Below, piece by piece: positions 1 to 9,064 of a stretch of DNA of 64,000 nucleotides. The translations under genes and the position numbers were made by a program. Origin of the DNA: Methanobacteriota archaeon (GTDB taxonomy: Archaea; Thermoplasmatota; Poseidoniia; Poseidoniales; Thalassarchaeaceae); NCBI GenBank assembly GCA_002708695.1, contig PAOZ01000019.1, positions 3,065-67,064 on the forward strand, in the 5' to 3' direction. How positions within the stretch are numbered: position 1 is the first letter of the stretch; each line of letters begins with the position of its first letter. The notes under the pieces are model-generated. The model had not been told where the DNA came from and ran no database searches. It saw only the letters and a list, made by a program, of their open reading frames with translations.

Positions 1-1
1 C

Positions 2-454
2 AAATTTGGTATGGCAAAGAGAAGTAGACTAGGAACAGCTAATCGAATTCCTGACCTTGACCGAGATGGAAATGAGCGTTTAGACGATGAGGGCAAAATC
101 AAGATGATGACAGACGGTTATCGCTCAACTAAACCTGGTGCAAAGGGTGTTCGAACCATGAAACTCGATGAAGAGTTTGACGACGAACTGATTAGTGTTC
201 GCCGTATTCCAGATTTAGACGATAATTTGTTTGTATTGACAAAGAAGGGCATGATGATTCGTCTTTCAGTAAATCAAACGAAAGAAACTAGTGGTAAATC
301 CACAAGAGGAACGCGAATTATGGAGTTAAGATCTAAAGATAAAAAGTCATTTAATGATGAAATTATCTTTACAGCAAGATTGCCTGCATCACTAATTGAT
401 AACCAAGATGATGATTTTGAAGAGCAAACGCCCACATCTGGGGAAGAAGAATGA
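2..454 (+). CDS. gyrA: DNA gyrase subunit A, C-terminal beta-pinwheel (5' partial)
   Basis: Frame open from the window edge (KFGMAKR); blade-like repeats PGAKGVRTMKL and GKSTRGTRIMEL, LFVLTKKGMMIR; acidic tail. Confidence 0.8.
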   Translation, partial: KFGMAKRSRLGTANRIPDLDRDGNERLDDEGKIKMMTDGYRSTKPGAKGVRTMKLDEEFDDELISVRRIPDLDDNLFVLTKKGMMIRLSVNQTKETSGKSTRGTRIMELRSKDKKSFNDEIIFTARLPASLIDNQDDDFEEQTPTSGEEE

Positions 455-495
455 ACCGCTTCGCTTAAGCCAGCCTGATGGGTCGTATGGGTACT

Positions 496-582
496 GCGGC
501 AGTCGCATAGCCTGGCCATTGCGCTGGATTGCTAATCCAGTGGTGTCTCACCGCGAGGGTTCAAATCCCTCCTGTCGCGCCA
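496..582 (+). tRNA. tRNA-Ser(GCT), long variable arm, encoded CCA
   Basis: Acceptor GCGGCAG/CTGTCGC, discriminator G plus CCA; anticodon stem CTGGA/TCCAG with GCT at 531-533; T arm GAGGG-TTCAAAT-CCCTC; no intron. Confidence 0.95.
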
Positions 583-3500
583 TTAATCGAAGAAATCGTC
601 TAAATCATCGCCTTGACCATCAGAGGAACGATCCCCTACTTTCTCAAGTAAGAACTTCAAACGCCGTCGGATTTTTCGATTTCGATTTATTACCATTGGA
701 ACAGCAATAAGATTGATTGCAATAATGACAATAGCAACTAAAGAAGACGTTTGGAAATTCTGATCAGAGATGTCTTCAAGGAAACTATTCATCCAATCGT
801 TCTCATGATTTCGTTCAGGAGTAACTACATCGGGAATCAAATGAGGATTAGTTTCCCAAAACTGATCAGTAATCAATATTGATGCAGTGTTATCATTACG
901 AACTATAAAATCAGAATTACCGACTGAATCTTCAGGAATTAAGATGTAATAATATGTCTGCCCGATAGAAAGGCCGTCTTCTCCTGATGCCTGAACTTCG
1001 GTATACGATTCAGAAGTCAATGGCTCCCCCCATAATCCAGTCAAAATAGGTTCAATAAATTGAACTGATTGGGGTAAATTCTGTGTACGATACAAGGACC
1101 AAGTAACATTTTCTTCGTCAGGCAATCCATCACCGTCTTCATCAGGAATCTCGGGATAAATCCAAGTTACAGTGACAGAATGGGAATCTTTCTCATTTCC
1201 TGGAGATATATCATAATCATAAGAAAGAGTTACTCGAACATCTTGCATCTCATAATCAGGCGGATGAGCATCGCCACACTGAAGATCAGGATTGCCTACA
1301 TCTTTGAATCCTGTAACATTACCATGAGTATAATCAACAAGTCCTTGATGGTCAATAGCTGCAAGGATGTAACTTGCACAAATCCCCTCTTCTAGAGGAA
1401 CTGGATCTTTCCATTCAGTTTGATTTCCAGGTAAATCAACTACAAAGTTCTGTGTAACAGTTGATTCAAAATCATCGAGATTTTCGTACGGCCATCTAAA
1501 TGGGAACTCGGCCCTCTTGTAAACTCTCCATCCTCCAAAATAAGGGTCATCAATTGGCCCTTCAGAATCCCACATTAGAGTTAATTCTCCTCCTGCAGAT
1601 TTCTCTGTTCGTAGATTTAATGGAGTGACATTTACAGGAGCCATGTCTCCAACCAACATAATTGAACCACTAGATACGTCATTAAGACGAAGATGGAACG
1701 AATTATTAGACTCAAAGGCTTCAAACAAATCGTCTGAATCTAGAGGAGCCAAAACACCATTTGAACCATTGATAACATGCATTGCAACTACAGATGCAGG
1801 ACTAACACTGCTAGGAATTAGTTGACTAATATTGCCCCAAAAATCAATGTAATCAACATTCAAATCTTCGCCCGCAGTTGGATACAATCTAAAATCAAAT
1901 GAACGCAAAGGTGTCTTTCCGATGTTTACAGCTTGAGCATGTACTACTGTTTCGGGAAATGAAACATCAAGAACTTCGAATTCCATCTGTTCTACGGAAA
2001 CTGCCTCTCCAGAGGTAACTATAGGCATCTCTTGGAATTGGATTCTATTCAATACCTTGACGTACCTAGAAGATACTTCATCAAAGTCAGTTGGACTCAT
2101 CAAACTATGGCGAACGTGAAGAGTAATCTGATGATAACCCATTGGAAGAGTTGTACTAATCACTCTTCCATATCCTATTGTTTCAATGTAATCGATTTTC
2201 CAAGTATAATTCACAGGCAATGGAGAATCAGGTGCAAGGCCTGCTACAAACATGATTGATTCCCCAGTCTCAAATGTTGCATCGTCTAATGGAGGTACTG
2301 CAACATAAGCTCCTGTTGATGTTTGATTAATTACAATCTGAGTTTCGAAATAGTTGTTCGCAGGATCAAGATCAATTGATCCAGTCGAAGAAGTGGTAGT
2401 GGCATTTACTACAAATAAACCCAAATGATTCAAGGGGAAAATACAGGACACTAATTCCCCAGGATCAATTGTTTTAGTACATGAATCAGGATATCCTTCT
2501 ACCAAAGAATAGCCACTAGAAATATTGAATAATTCGATATTTAATGTAGTATTCCAAGGCATTTCTCCATCATTTCGAAGTTGAACTTGAAGGGCATCTT
2601 CGCCATAAGGGAATTTAACATAATTCTCAAAACCGATAGGAACCACTACTTCATCGCCCCTAGCAGGAGATATTCCTACTACTACAATATCTACATCATC
2701 GCTGACTTCAACTCTTACAGTTTCACCAATATTATTCCACGGATTAGGGTCTTCTGACGATTGCACATAGAATTCAACGTCATAAATCCCCTCGGAAGGG
2801 AATTGGAGATCAGGAGGAGACAGTACAAGAGAAGTCGAAGAACCAGAGACTGAAACTACAGAAGAAGATTCTGAAATTAGAAGGTGTGGAAGAACTAATT
2901 CAGCGCGAACACAGTGGAGGCCCTCTTCCATCCCAACAAAATCCATTTGGATTGAGACATCACTACCGTTAGATTTCCAATCATAAGAACCAGAATGGGA
3001 CTGATTTACTATTGATCCTGAGACAATAGACCACCTCAAAGAATAAGTTTCTTCATTTGATAGAGAAGTTGCATTGAATGTAGCATTAATTACATCATTT
3101 AGGGCATATGCCTCAACAAGAAGATATGGAGGAACCGTATCTGCTGGGGGAACAGGATTTTCAAAAAAACCAGCACCTACATACATACAGAATTGAGAAC
3201 TACCCATTGGAACATCCACTTGGTTCATCGACCAACCAACTGTAACTTCATCTTCTGCTGGCCAACCTATCGTGGTAACGGATACCGAAGTAGGGTAGTC
3301 TATACCAGGATTGAGGACATTGTTGGGGTCTAAATCATTTGAATTATAGATAATATCTTGAAAGAATTCATCCATATAGAATTTAACTGCTAAGCGGTCA
3401 TCAACAGGACGAATATCTTCTGATGAAAATCTAAACACAACTGTATAGGTCTGATTGGTGTATTCTATAGCATAAAAAGCATCAACAAAGGAAATTGTTG

Positions 3501-3855
3501 CTATTTCTTGAGGATCTAATGTTGGCACGGTAGTTTGACGTGAAAACAAAACGGATGGGCATGTAGCTGTAGATACATGGTCGCCTAAACAGATTTCAGC
3601 AACGATTGTGCGCCCTCCAATTGGAGTACTTGCATTACTTTGCACCTTTACTTCTAAGAAAATTGGGTCCCAAACACTGTAATGTGCTTCACTAATAGGG
3701 TCAATTACATCTGTAATCATGAAATCCTGAATGTTCCTTGAACTAGTTGCCTCAGTAGCAGGCAATAGTGGTAATGAAGACATCAAAAATAAGGCCAAAA
3801 CAAGGGGTACAGAGCGAATTATTCTAGAAGATGAACCAGCCGCTGGTCCCGCCAT
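583..3855 (-). CDS. Large cell-surface protein with Ig-like (CARDB/PKD/FN3-type) domains and C-terminal membrane anchor
   Basis: N-terminal signal peptide; CARDB-like ends (DPNPWNN, DLDPANN), PKD-like YTWKID..LPMGYHQITL, DEDGDGLPD Ca-type motif, many NxS/T sites, C-terminal TM followed by basic residues. Confidence 0.75.
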   Translation of the reverse strand: MAGPAAGSSSRIIRSVPLVLALFLMSSLPLLPATEATSSRNIQDFMITDVIDPISEAHYSVWDPIFLEVKVQSNASTPIGGRTIVAEICLGDHVSTATCPSVLFSRQTTVPTLDPQEIATISFVDAFYAIEYTNQTYTVVFRFSSEDIRPVDDRLAVKFYMDEFFQDIIYNSNDLDPNNVLNPGIDYPTSVSVTTIGWPAEDEVTVGWSMNQVDVPMGSSQFCMYVGAGFFENPVPPADTVPPYLLVEAYALNDVINATFNATSLSNEETYSLRWSIVSGSIVNQSHSGSYDWKSNGSDVSIQMDFVGMEEGLHCVRAELVLPHLLISESSSVVSVSGSSTSLVLSPPDLQFPSEGIYDVEFYVQSSEDPNPWNNIGETVRVEVSDDVDIVVVGISPARGDEVVVPIGFENYVKFPYGEDALQVQLRNDGEMPWNTTLNIELFNISSGYSLVEGYPDSCTKTIDPGELVSCIFPLNHLGLFVVNATTTSSTGSIDLDPANNYFETQIVINQTSTGAYVAVPPLDDATFETGESIMFVAGLAPDSPLPVNYTWKIDYIETIGYGRVISTTLPMGYHQITLHVRHSLMSPTDFDEVSSRYVKVLNRIQFQEMPIVTSGEAVSVEQMEFEVLDVSFPETVVHAQAVNIGKTPLRSFDFRLYPTAGEDLNVDYIDFWGNISQLIPSSVSPASVVAMHVINGSNGVLAPLDSDDLFEAFESNNSFHLRLNDVSSGSIMLVGDMAPVNVTPLNLRTEKSAGGELTLMWDSEGPIDDPYFGGWRVYKRAEFPFRWPYENLDDFESTVTQNFVVDLPGNQTEWKDPVPLEEGICASYILAAIDHQGLVDYTHGNVTGFKDVGNPDLQCGDAHPPDYEMQDVRVTLSYDYDISPGNEKDSHSVTVTWIYPEIPDEDGDGLPDEENVTWSLYRTQNLPQSVQFIEPILTGLWGEPLTSESYTEVQASGEDGLSIGQTYYYILIPEDSVGNSDFIVRNDNTASILITDQFWETNPHLIPDVVTPERNHENDWMNSFLEDISDQNFQTSSLVAIVIIAINLIAVPMVINRNRKIRRRLKFLLEKVGDRSSDGQGDDLDDFFD

Positions 3856-3991
3856 GAGTATGTTTAGCCGCTCGTGTGGTAAATAATCAACGCCCTAATA
3901 CTACCTCGAGTATACCCAAATCGACTTTCAATGTCATCTTCCAGTACCTATGTGAGCAAGGGTTCATGTCCTCCCCAAAGAATCGGATTTC

Positions 3992-5029
3992 ATGCGGAGA
4001 GACTTTCAGTCAGATGAGGGGGGCCTCACCGCAGTGATTGAATTCCTTTCAGCATTCGTTCTTTTCCTAGTTATTGTCTCTGCTTTCCTCAGTCTTAGCC
4101 GTCTTAGTTTAGGTCCAAATGACCCTATGATAGATCGTTTAGATGAACACGCATCCGACGGTATAATGCGATTAACTTCAAGCCAAGGCTGGATGACACC
4201 ATATATTGATGAAAAAAGAGATGAAAATAATGGCACAGAAAATTGGCACTACGCAAATGCTAGCCAATTATTACATTCTGATGTCTTACCTGGAATAGGA
4301 AATTCAAATGGACAATTAGACCCAGAACGAATTTCTGCATTAAGTAATATTACAGAAGAACAACTGAAAAATGGTTTGGGTTTCCCGAATTTTGCTTCAA
4401 TAAACTTGTCAATAACTATACTTAACAGTCCGAATTTAGAACGTAATGGAATGACTTTATTTCTAGATGGAACTCCTCGAAAAGCAGCACAAAATTCTGC
4501 AGCAGCATTTCGCATCTTACCCATGGGGAATGAAACAATAGAAGTCAAATTAGAAGTTCATGATGCTGGGATGGTACCGGCCACAATGAAAATTACTGAA
4601 TTTGTCCCGAATCCAGAGATTGGAAAACCGGAATGGGTAGAGATACAAAACGACGGCGGGTTCGCTGTAGATTTGAACGGGTGGGGGATTTCCCGAAATG
4701 GTTTCCTTACCTTAGTTGGACAAGAAGCATTGAGAGGAGGAGGAATATTGATCTTATCTGGAGACATTGAAGAAATGGATACAGGAAACGCTAGCGTGGG
4801 CATTGATCTCGGACACACTGGAGTACTGGGAAGAGGAATGATGGACGGGCTGCACAATAATGCAGACAATCTCAAATTAACATACAATGAACCGGGTTTT
4901 TCTTTCACTCAAGAAGTAAATGTTGTCTCGTATGATTCTGATTGGGGGTTCCAAACAGGGTATAGTGCAAAATTGGATGAAAACGGATCTTGGCAAGTTT
5001 CTCAAATTACTACACCTGGCAACGTCTAA
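3992..5029 (+). CDS. Pilin-like (class III signal peptide) protein with C-terminal lamin-tail domain
   Basis: DEGG/LTAVIEFLSAFVLFLVIV N-terminus; LTD motif ITEFVPNP..EWVEIQN..VDLNGWGI. Confidence 0.7.
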   Translation: MRRDFQSDEGGLTAVIEFLSAFVLFLVIVSAFLSLSRLSLGPNDPMIDRLDEHASDGIMRLTSSQGWMTPYIDEKRDENNGTENWHYANASQLLHSDVLPGIGNSNGQLDPERISALSNITEEQLKNGLGFPNFASINLSITILNSPNLERNGMTLFLDGTPRKAAQNSAAAFRILPMGNETIEVKLEVHDAGMVPATMKITEFVPNPEIGKPEWVEIQNDGGFAVDLNGWGISRNGFLTLVGQEALRGGGILILSGDIEEMDTGNASVGIDLGHTGVLGRGMMDGLHNNADNLKLTYNEPGFSFTQEVNVVSYDSDWGFQTGYSAKLDENGSWQVSQITTPGNV

Positions 5030-5084
5030 CCAACTTCTTGGCGTGGACTTATGAACAGAGTGTTGTGTGTTCGGTCCGGTCGCC

Positions 5085-5843
5085 ATGCTGGGCAACGCAT
5101 CATATGAGCGTGATAGGTGCGTAACAGGTATACGGGGCCTCGATGAAATCCTGAGAGGAGGGATTCCTTACGGGTCCGCTACTCTTGTCGCCGGAACATG
5201 TGGTTCTGGAAAGACTACTTTGGGAATGGAGTTTCTAATGAATGGCGCACTTGCAGGAGAAGCGTGTGCTCATTTCTCAGCTACTGAGCCTTCAGTAAAA
5301 TTGCTTGAAAATATTAGACAATACAGTTTCTTCGATATGACTACCGTAGATCGAGGATTGATCAATGTGTTTGATATGGATGTTCTTTTCTCTTGGTTGG
5401 GTTTAGATAAAAGTACATTCAATCTAGATGATATTGATGCAATGGTCAAAGCGATTACCGATATTGTAAACACTATTGGAGTCACTAGACTTGTTATCGA
5501 TTCGGTAACTTCTCTTTGTTACAAAGTCCCAAATGAGCAACTTATCAGAGATTTTCTTTTCAAGTTAGGTAAATCACTCTCTACTTTAGGTTGCACTACA
5601 CTATTGATTGCTGAAATTACATCCGTAGGAGGTAGTTCCCACCGTTCAGCATTTGGTGTTGAAGAAGCAATTGCAGATGGAATCATTGTACTTGGAGACG
5701 TTGAACGAATGGGTCATCTTCTAAGATACTTACAAGTTGTCAAGATGCGTGGTACAGACCATAGTAGAGCAAAATATGCCTTGGAACTAACTCGAAGTGG
5801 AGTGATGCTAACTCCAATGCTAAAGTGGGGTGTTAGTCAATGA
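5085..5843 (+). CDS. Single-domain KaiC/RAD55-like RecA-family ATPase
   Basis: TGIRGLDEILRGGIP, Walker A GTCGSGKT, Walker B VIDS, GVEEAIADG, KMRGT; ATG 5085 preferred over GTG 5067. Confidence 0.9.
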   Translation: MLGNASYERDRCVTGIRGLDEILRGGIPYGSATLVAGTCGSGKTTLGMEFLMNGALAGEACAHFSATEPSVKLLENIRQYSFFDMTTVDRGLINVFDMDVLFSWLGLDKSTFNLDDIDAMVKAITDIVNTIGVTRLVIDSVTSLCYKVPNEQLIRDFLFKLGKSLSTLGCTTLLIAEITSVGGSSHRSAFGVEEAIADGIIVLGDVERMGHLLRYLQVVKMRGTDHSRAKYALELTRSGVMLTPMLKWGVSQ

Positions 5844-6424
5844 TTGAATTTGATTTAGGAATTGCTGAACAATTAACTCAAGTTACCACCACCTCTAGTG
5901 TCCAAGTTAGAGTTGGAACCAGTAATTCTGATTTGGTAATTGCATCAATTATTCAACCATTAATGCAAAATTTTGGAATGGGAGGTGTATACATAACGGC
6001 CTCTCAAACTGCACCGAACGTTATCGAAATGATGAATACAATTGGAATTGATGTCTCTCCAATTCATTTCATTGATTGCGTTTCTTCTGGCATCCTAGGT
6101 GGAACTCAAAACCCATATCCAAATATTGGCTATATCGATAGCCCAATCATGCTTGAATCAATGATGTTACGTACATTACATCATCTAGAAAACTCTCAAG
6201 TTCAGCAAAACTTTGTCATCTTAGATTCTGTAAATGCACTTTCAATATATAATGAACAAAGAATTTTAGCAGAATATCTCCATACATTCATCAACACTTG
6301 CAAAAATAGACAAGTTCTCAGTCTAATTGTTAACGTTCCTGATCAAACACCAGCAGGAGTTCTTTCCAATCTTGACTTGTATTGTAGTGATCTCATTGAT
6401 AGAGGACAAGTAGTTATTTCTTGA
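5840..6424 (+). CDS. Inactive KaiC/RecA-fold accessory protein
   Basis: VYIT, FIDCVS, ILDSVNALSIYN motifs, no Walker A; ATGA overlap with upstream ATPase. Confidence 0.65.
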   Translation: MIEFDLGIAEQLTQVTTTSSVQVRVGTSNSDLVIASIIQPLMQNFGMGGVYITASQTAPNVIEMMNTIGIDVSPIHFIDCVSSGILGGTQNPYPNIGYIDSPIMLESMMLRTLHHLENSQVQQNFVILDSVNALSIYNEQRILAEYLHTFINTCKNRQVLSLIVNVPDQTPAGVLSNLDLYCSDLIDRGQVVIS

Positions 6425-6433
6425 GGGATTTGA

Positions 6434-7249
6434 ATGACAATAAATTTTGATTCCGAAGATGAAGACTTCTATGGAGAAATGGGGTCAATCGGTTCAGTTA
6501 AATTCGATAGAATCCTTACAGGGACCCCACATAATACGGGAAGCATCCCAAGGGGCTTTACCCTTCTAGGATACGGAAATACTGGCGCTGGAATTGATTT
6601 GTTCGCAAAACAGTTCGTTTCAGTTGCTGAAGACCCAGAAAATACAATTTTGATTTCAACATCAGAAACAACATCAGAAATCCTATCGGTTTACAAAAAA
6701 TATGACTGGCCCACCGAGATACGTGTTCGAACTATGGGCGAGGAATACAATAAAGAAGTCCTAACTAGAGAACTTGAAGCTTCAAGATACAGAATCGAAG
6801 GATTTACTCTTAGCGACATACAAAAGTTGGCTCAAACACGTTTCGTTGATCAACAATCTCACGATTTTCTAACTGATTTAACAACTCAAGTCACATCTCT
6901 AGGACCTTACTTCCGAGCAGCCATAGATAGTTTGGATTTCTTTTACAGTAGATTTGATCCTGGAAGAGTCACATCTATGCTAAGAATTATGCAAGCACAT
7001 GCTCAAAGAAATAGAGGTCTTCTACTATTAACAGTAAGTGGTGATGCGGTAGAGAAGAGTACCGAACGTGAATCAATGGCAATTTGCGACATGGTAATGG
7101 AATTTGAAGTAGGGATGAGAGGTTCAGATTTCGATACTAGAATGGTAATTCGAAGATTTAGAAACCATCCAGAGAATCTAGCATTTATCACATTCAGAGT
7201 CACACCCGAAGAAGCCATAACTCCAGAGACGGTCGAAAGAGTAGCATAA
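6434..7249 (+). CDS. KaiC/RAD55-like protein with degenerate Walker A
   Basis: IPRGFTLLGYGNTGAGID (Lys lost), AIDSL, ICDMVMEF, RRFRN. Confidence 0.8.
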   Translation: MTINFDSEDEDFYGEMGSIGSVKFDRILTGTPHNTGSIPRGFTLLGYGNTGAGIDLFAKQFVSVAEDPENTILISTSETTSEILSVYKKYDWPTEIRVRTMGEEYNKEVLTRELEASRYRIEGFTLSDIQKLAQTRFVDQQSHDFLTDLTTQVTSLGPYFRAAIDSLDFFYSRFDPGRVTSMLRIMQAHAQRNRGLLLLTVSGDAVEKSTERESMAICDMVMEFEVGMRGSDFDTRMVIRRFRNHPENLAFITFRVTPEEAITPETVERVA

Positions 7250-7289
7250 GTCGCCCAACCTTCAAGATAGTCAACCTCTAGTGCGTACC

Positions 7290-7784
7290 ATGAAGGCCCC
7301 GAAGGAGTCTCAAGATGCAGTGAGCCCAGTTATTGCTACTGTTCTTCTTTTGGCAATTACCGTTCTTCTAACAAGTGGTATCTACATCATGGTTCAAGAT
7401 GCAGTTCAAGCCCCCGATAAAGGGACACCATATGGACAATTAACATCTCAATCCTTGGATAATGGATTCCAAGTAGTAAGAGTCTCTGATTTATCCAATG
7501 AATTGATGATAAATACAATCAAATTCCAAATTATATCCAATAATGGCACTATTATCGAAGGTCTAGCAAATGATGCATCCGTATACGGTGCTATCGGTTC
7601 AGATATTACCTTTCAAGACAGAGATGCTGGACTTACCCTAAATCGAGGCGACTATTTCATTATCAACGCAACAGCCATTGGTTCAGATGAAGGTGATTGG
7701 ACATTCAGATTAATCTTCATGGGAACCGGAACGCGAGGAACTGCGGATCTTGGCCAAGTAATTCTTCCAGCGATTAATCAATAA
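7290..7784 (+). CDS. Archaeal type IV pilin
   Basis: QDA/VSPVIATVLLLAITVLL class III signal peptide and H-domain; ATG 7290 is 29 nt after TTCAAG. Confidence 0.85.
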   Translation: MKAPKESQDAVSPVIATVLLLAITVLLTSGIYIMVQDAVQAPDKGTPYGQLTSQSLDNGFQVVRVSDLSNELMINTIKFQIISNNGTIIEGLANDASVYGAIGSDITFQDRDAGLTLNRGDYFIINATAIGSDEGDWTFRLIFMGTGTRGTADLGQVILPAINQ

Positions 7785-7822
7785 TCGAGAAGAATCAAAC
7801 ATCAAAGCCATCAGTCAACAAT

Positions 7823-9064
7823 ATGGTCGAAGAGAGATTGGCAGGTCCTATCCAGACAATTCACCCCTCCAATTTCGAAGGAGTAAACTGGTTTTTATCG
7901 CCTTCAAAGTCACATATGATACGATGGTTAGTATTAGCATCCATGTCCAAAGATAAGACTAGGATATCTTTTGATGGGAAACCCGGAGAAGATATCCATT
8001 CTATGGCTAACTGTTTAGAAAAAATGGGAATCGTCATTAAAAGAGAAAAAGAATTCTGGGAAATTCAAGGGAATGGCCCACATGGATTTTCAATACCAAA
8101 TGAAGTTCTTGACTGTAGAAATTCAGGGACGACAATGAGATTTCTGATTCCACAATTAGCATGTTTCTCCTCTTCAGCAGTCATAGACGGAGATTGGACA
8201 TTAAGGAACAGACACCTAGAGTCATCTACCAATTCAATCGAACAATTGGGGGCTAAGATTGAATCTTCAGAAGATAATCTTGGTGCACCCTATACAATAG
8301 TTGGACCATTAAATTCGGGAATCGTAAAGTTAGATACAAGTAAATCTAGTCAATCACTTTCTGCACTTGTGTTACTTGGTCCTAGAATGTCTGGACCAAT
8401 AAAAATAGAAACTATTGGGAGAAGTGTATCGAATCGACATGCACAGTTAACTTTTGAAATCGCACAAAAAACCGGTTCGAAAACAATTTGGAACGGAGAA
8501 AGGGAGATTATAATTCAACCTTGGATTCCAATATGTCCAAAGAATGTTAAAATTCCATCAGACCTGAGCCTTGCTGCATTTGGAATTGTCGCCGCCACGG
8601 CCCATAATACCGATTTAACAATACTAAATCCACCTAATCCAGAAGATGGAATTGGGGCCGAGATTATTTTCGACATTATGGAGAAAAAACCGAAAGAACC
8701 AATGGAATTAGATTTACTAAATTGTAATGATTTGCTCCCTGCTTTATCTGCTTTCTTAGCTTTAGGACCAGGGGGAAGAATTCGGAATGCTTCACATGCC
8801 AGATTCAAGGAGTCTAATCGAATTTCAAAAACAATAGAAATGCTTTCTCATTTTGGACTTGTAGTAGAACAATGTGAAGATGGCATTCAAACTGAAGGTG
8901 GCCAAACCCCAAAAAAGCCCGAAAATGTCATCGACGTATACGGAGATCATAGGTTATTCATGACTGCAGCATGTATTGCGAGTAAAACAGGTGGAAAAAT
9001 TACTGATAAAGGAGTATGGAATATTACTGACCCATTATTTGCAGAACAAATTGGTTTCAATTAA
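7823..9064 (+). CDS. aroA: 3-phosphoshikimate 1-carboxyvinyltransferase (EPSP synthase)
   Basis: PSKSH..R, NSGTTMR, SSQ, KESNRI, GDHR motifs. Confidence 0.9.
   Translation: MVEERLAGPIQTIHPSNFEGVNWFLSPSKSHMIRWLVLASMSKDKTRISFDGKPGEDIHSMANCLEKMGIVIKREKEFWEIQGNGPHGFSIPNEVLDCRNSGTTMRFLIPQLACFSSSAVIDGDWTLRNRHLESSTNSIEQLGAKIESSEDNLGAPYTIVGPLNSGIVKLDTSKSSQSLSALVLLGPRMSGPIKIETIGRSVSNRHAQLTFEIAQKTGSKTIWNGEREIIIQPWIPICPKNVKIPSDLSLAAFGIVAATAHNTDLTILNPPNPEDGIGAEIIFDIMEKKPKEPMELDLLNCNDLLPALSAFLALGPGGRIRNASHARFKESNRISKTIEMLSHFGLVVEQCEDGIQTEGGQTPKKPENVIDVYGDHRLFMTAACIASKTGGKITDKGVWNITDPLFAEQIGFN

Noticed and set aside
496-582. tRNA as integration site of an island
   Set aside because: No integrase and no duplicated tRNA 3' end noticed
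396-710. 104-aa ORF
   Set aside because: Runs through tRNA-Ser and overlaps two genes
5085-7249. Circadian KaiABC clock
   Set aside because: Single-domain proteins, no phosphosites, no KaiA/KaiB
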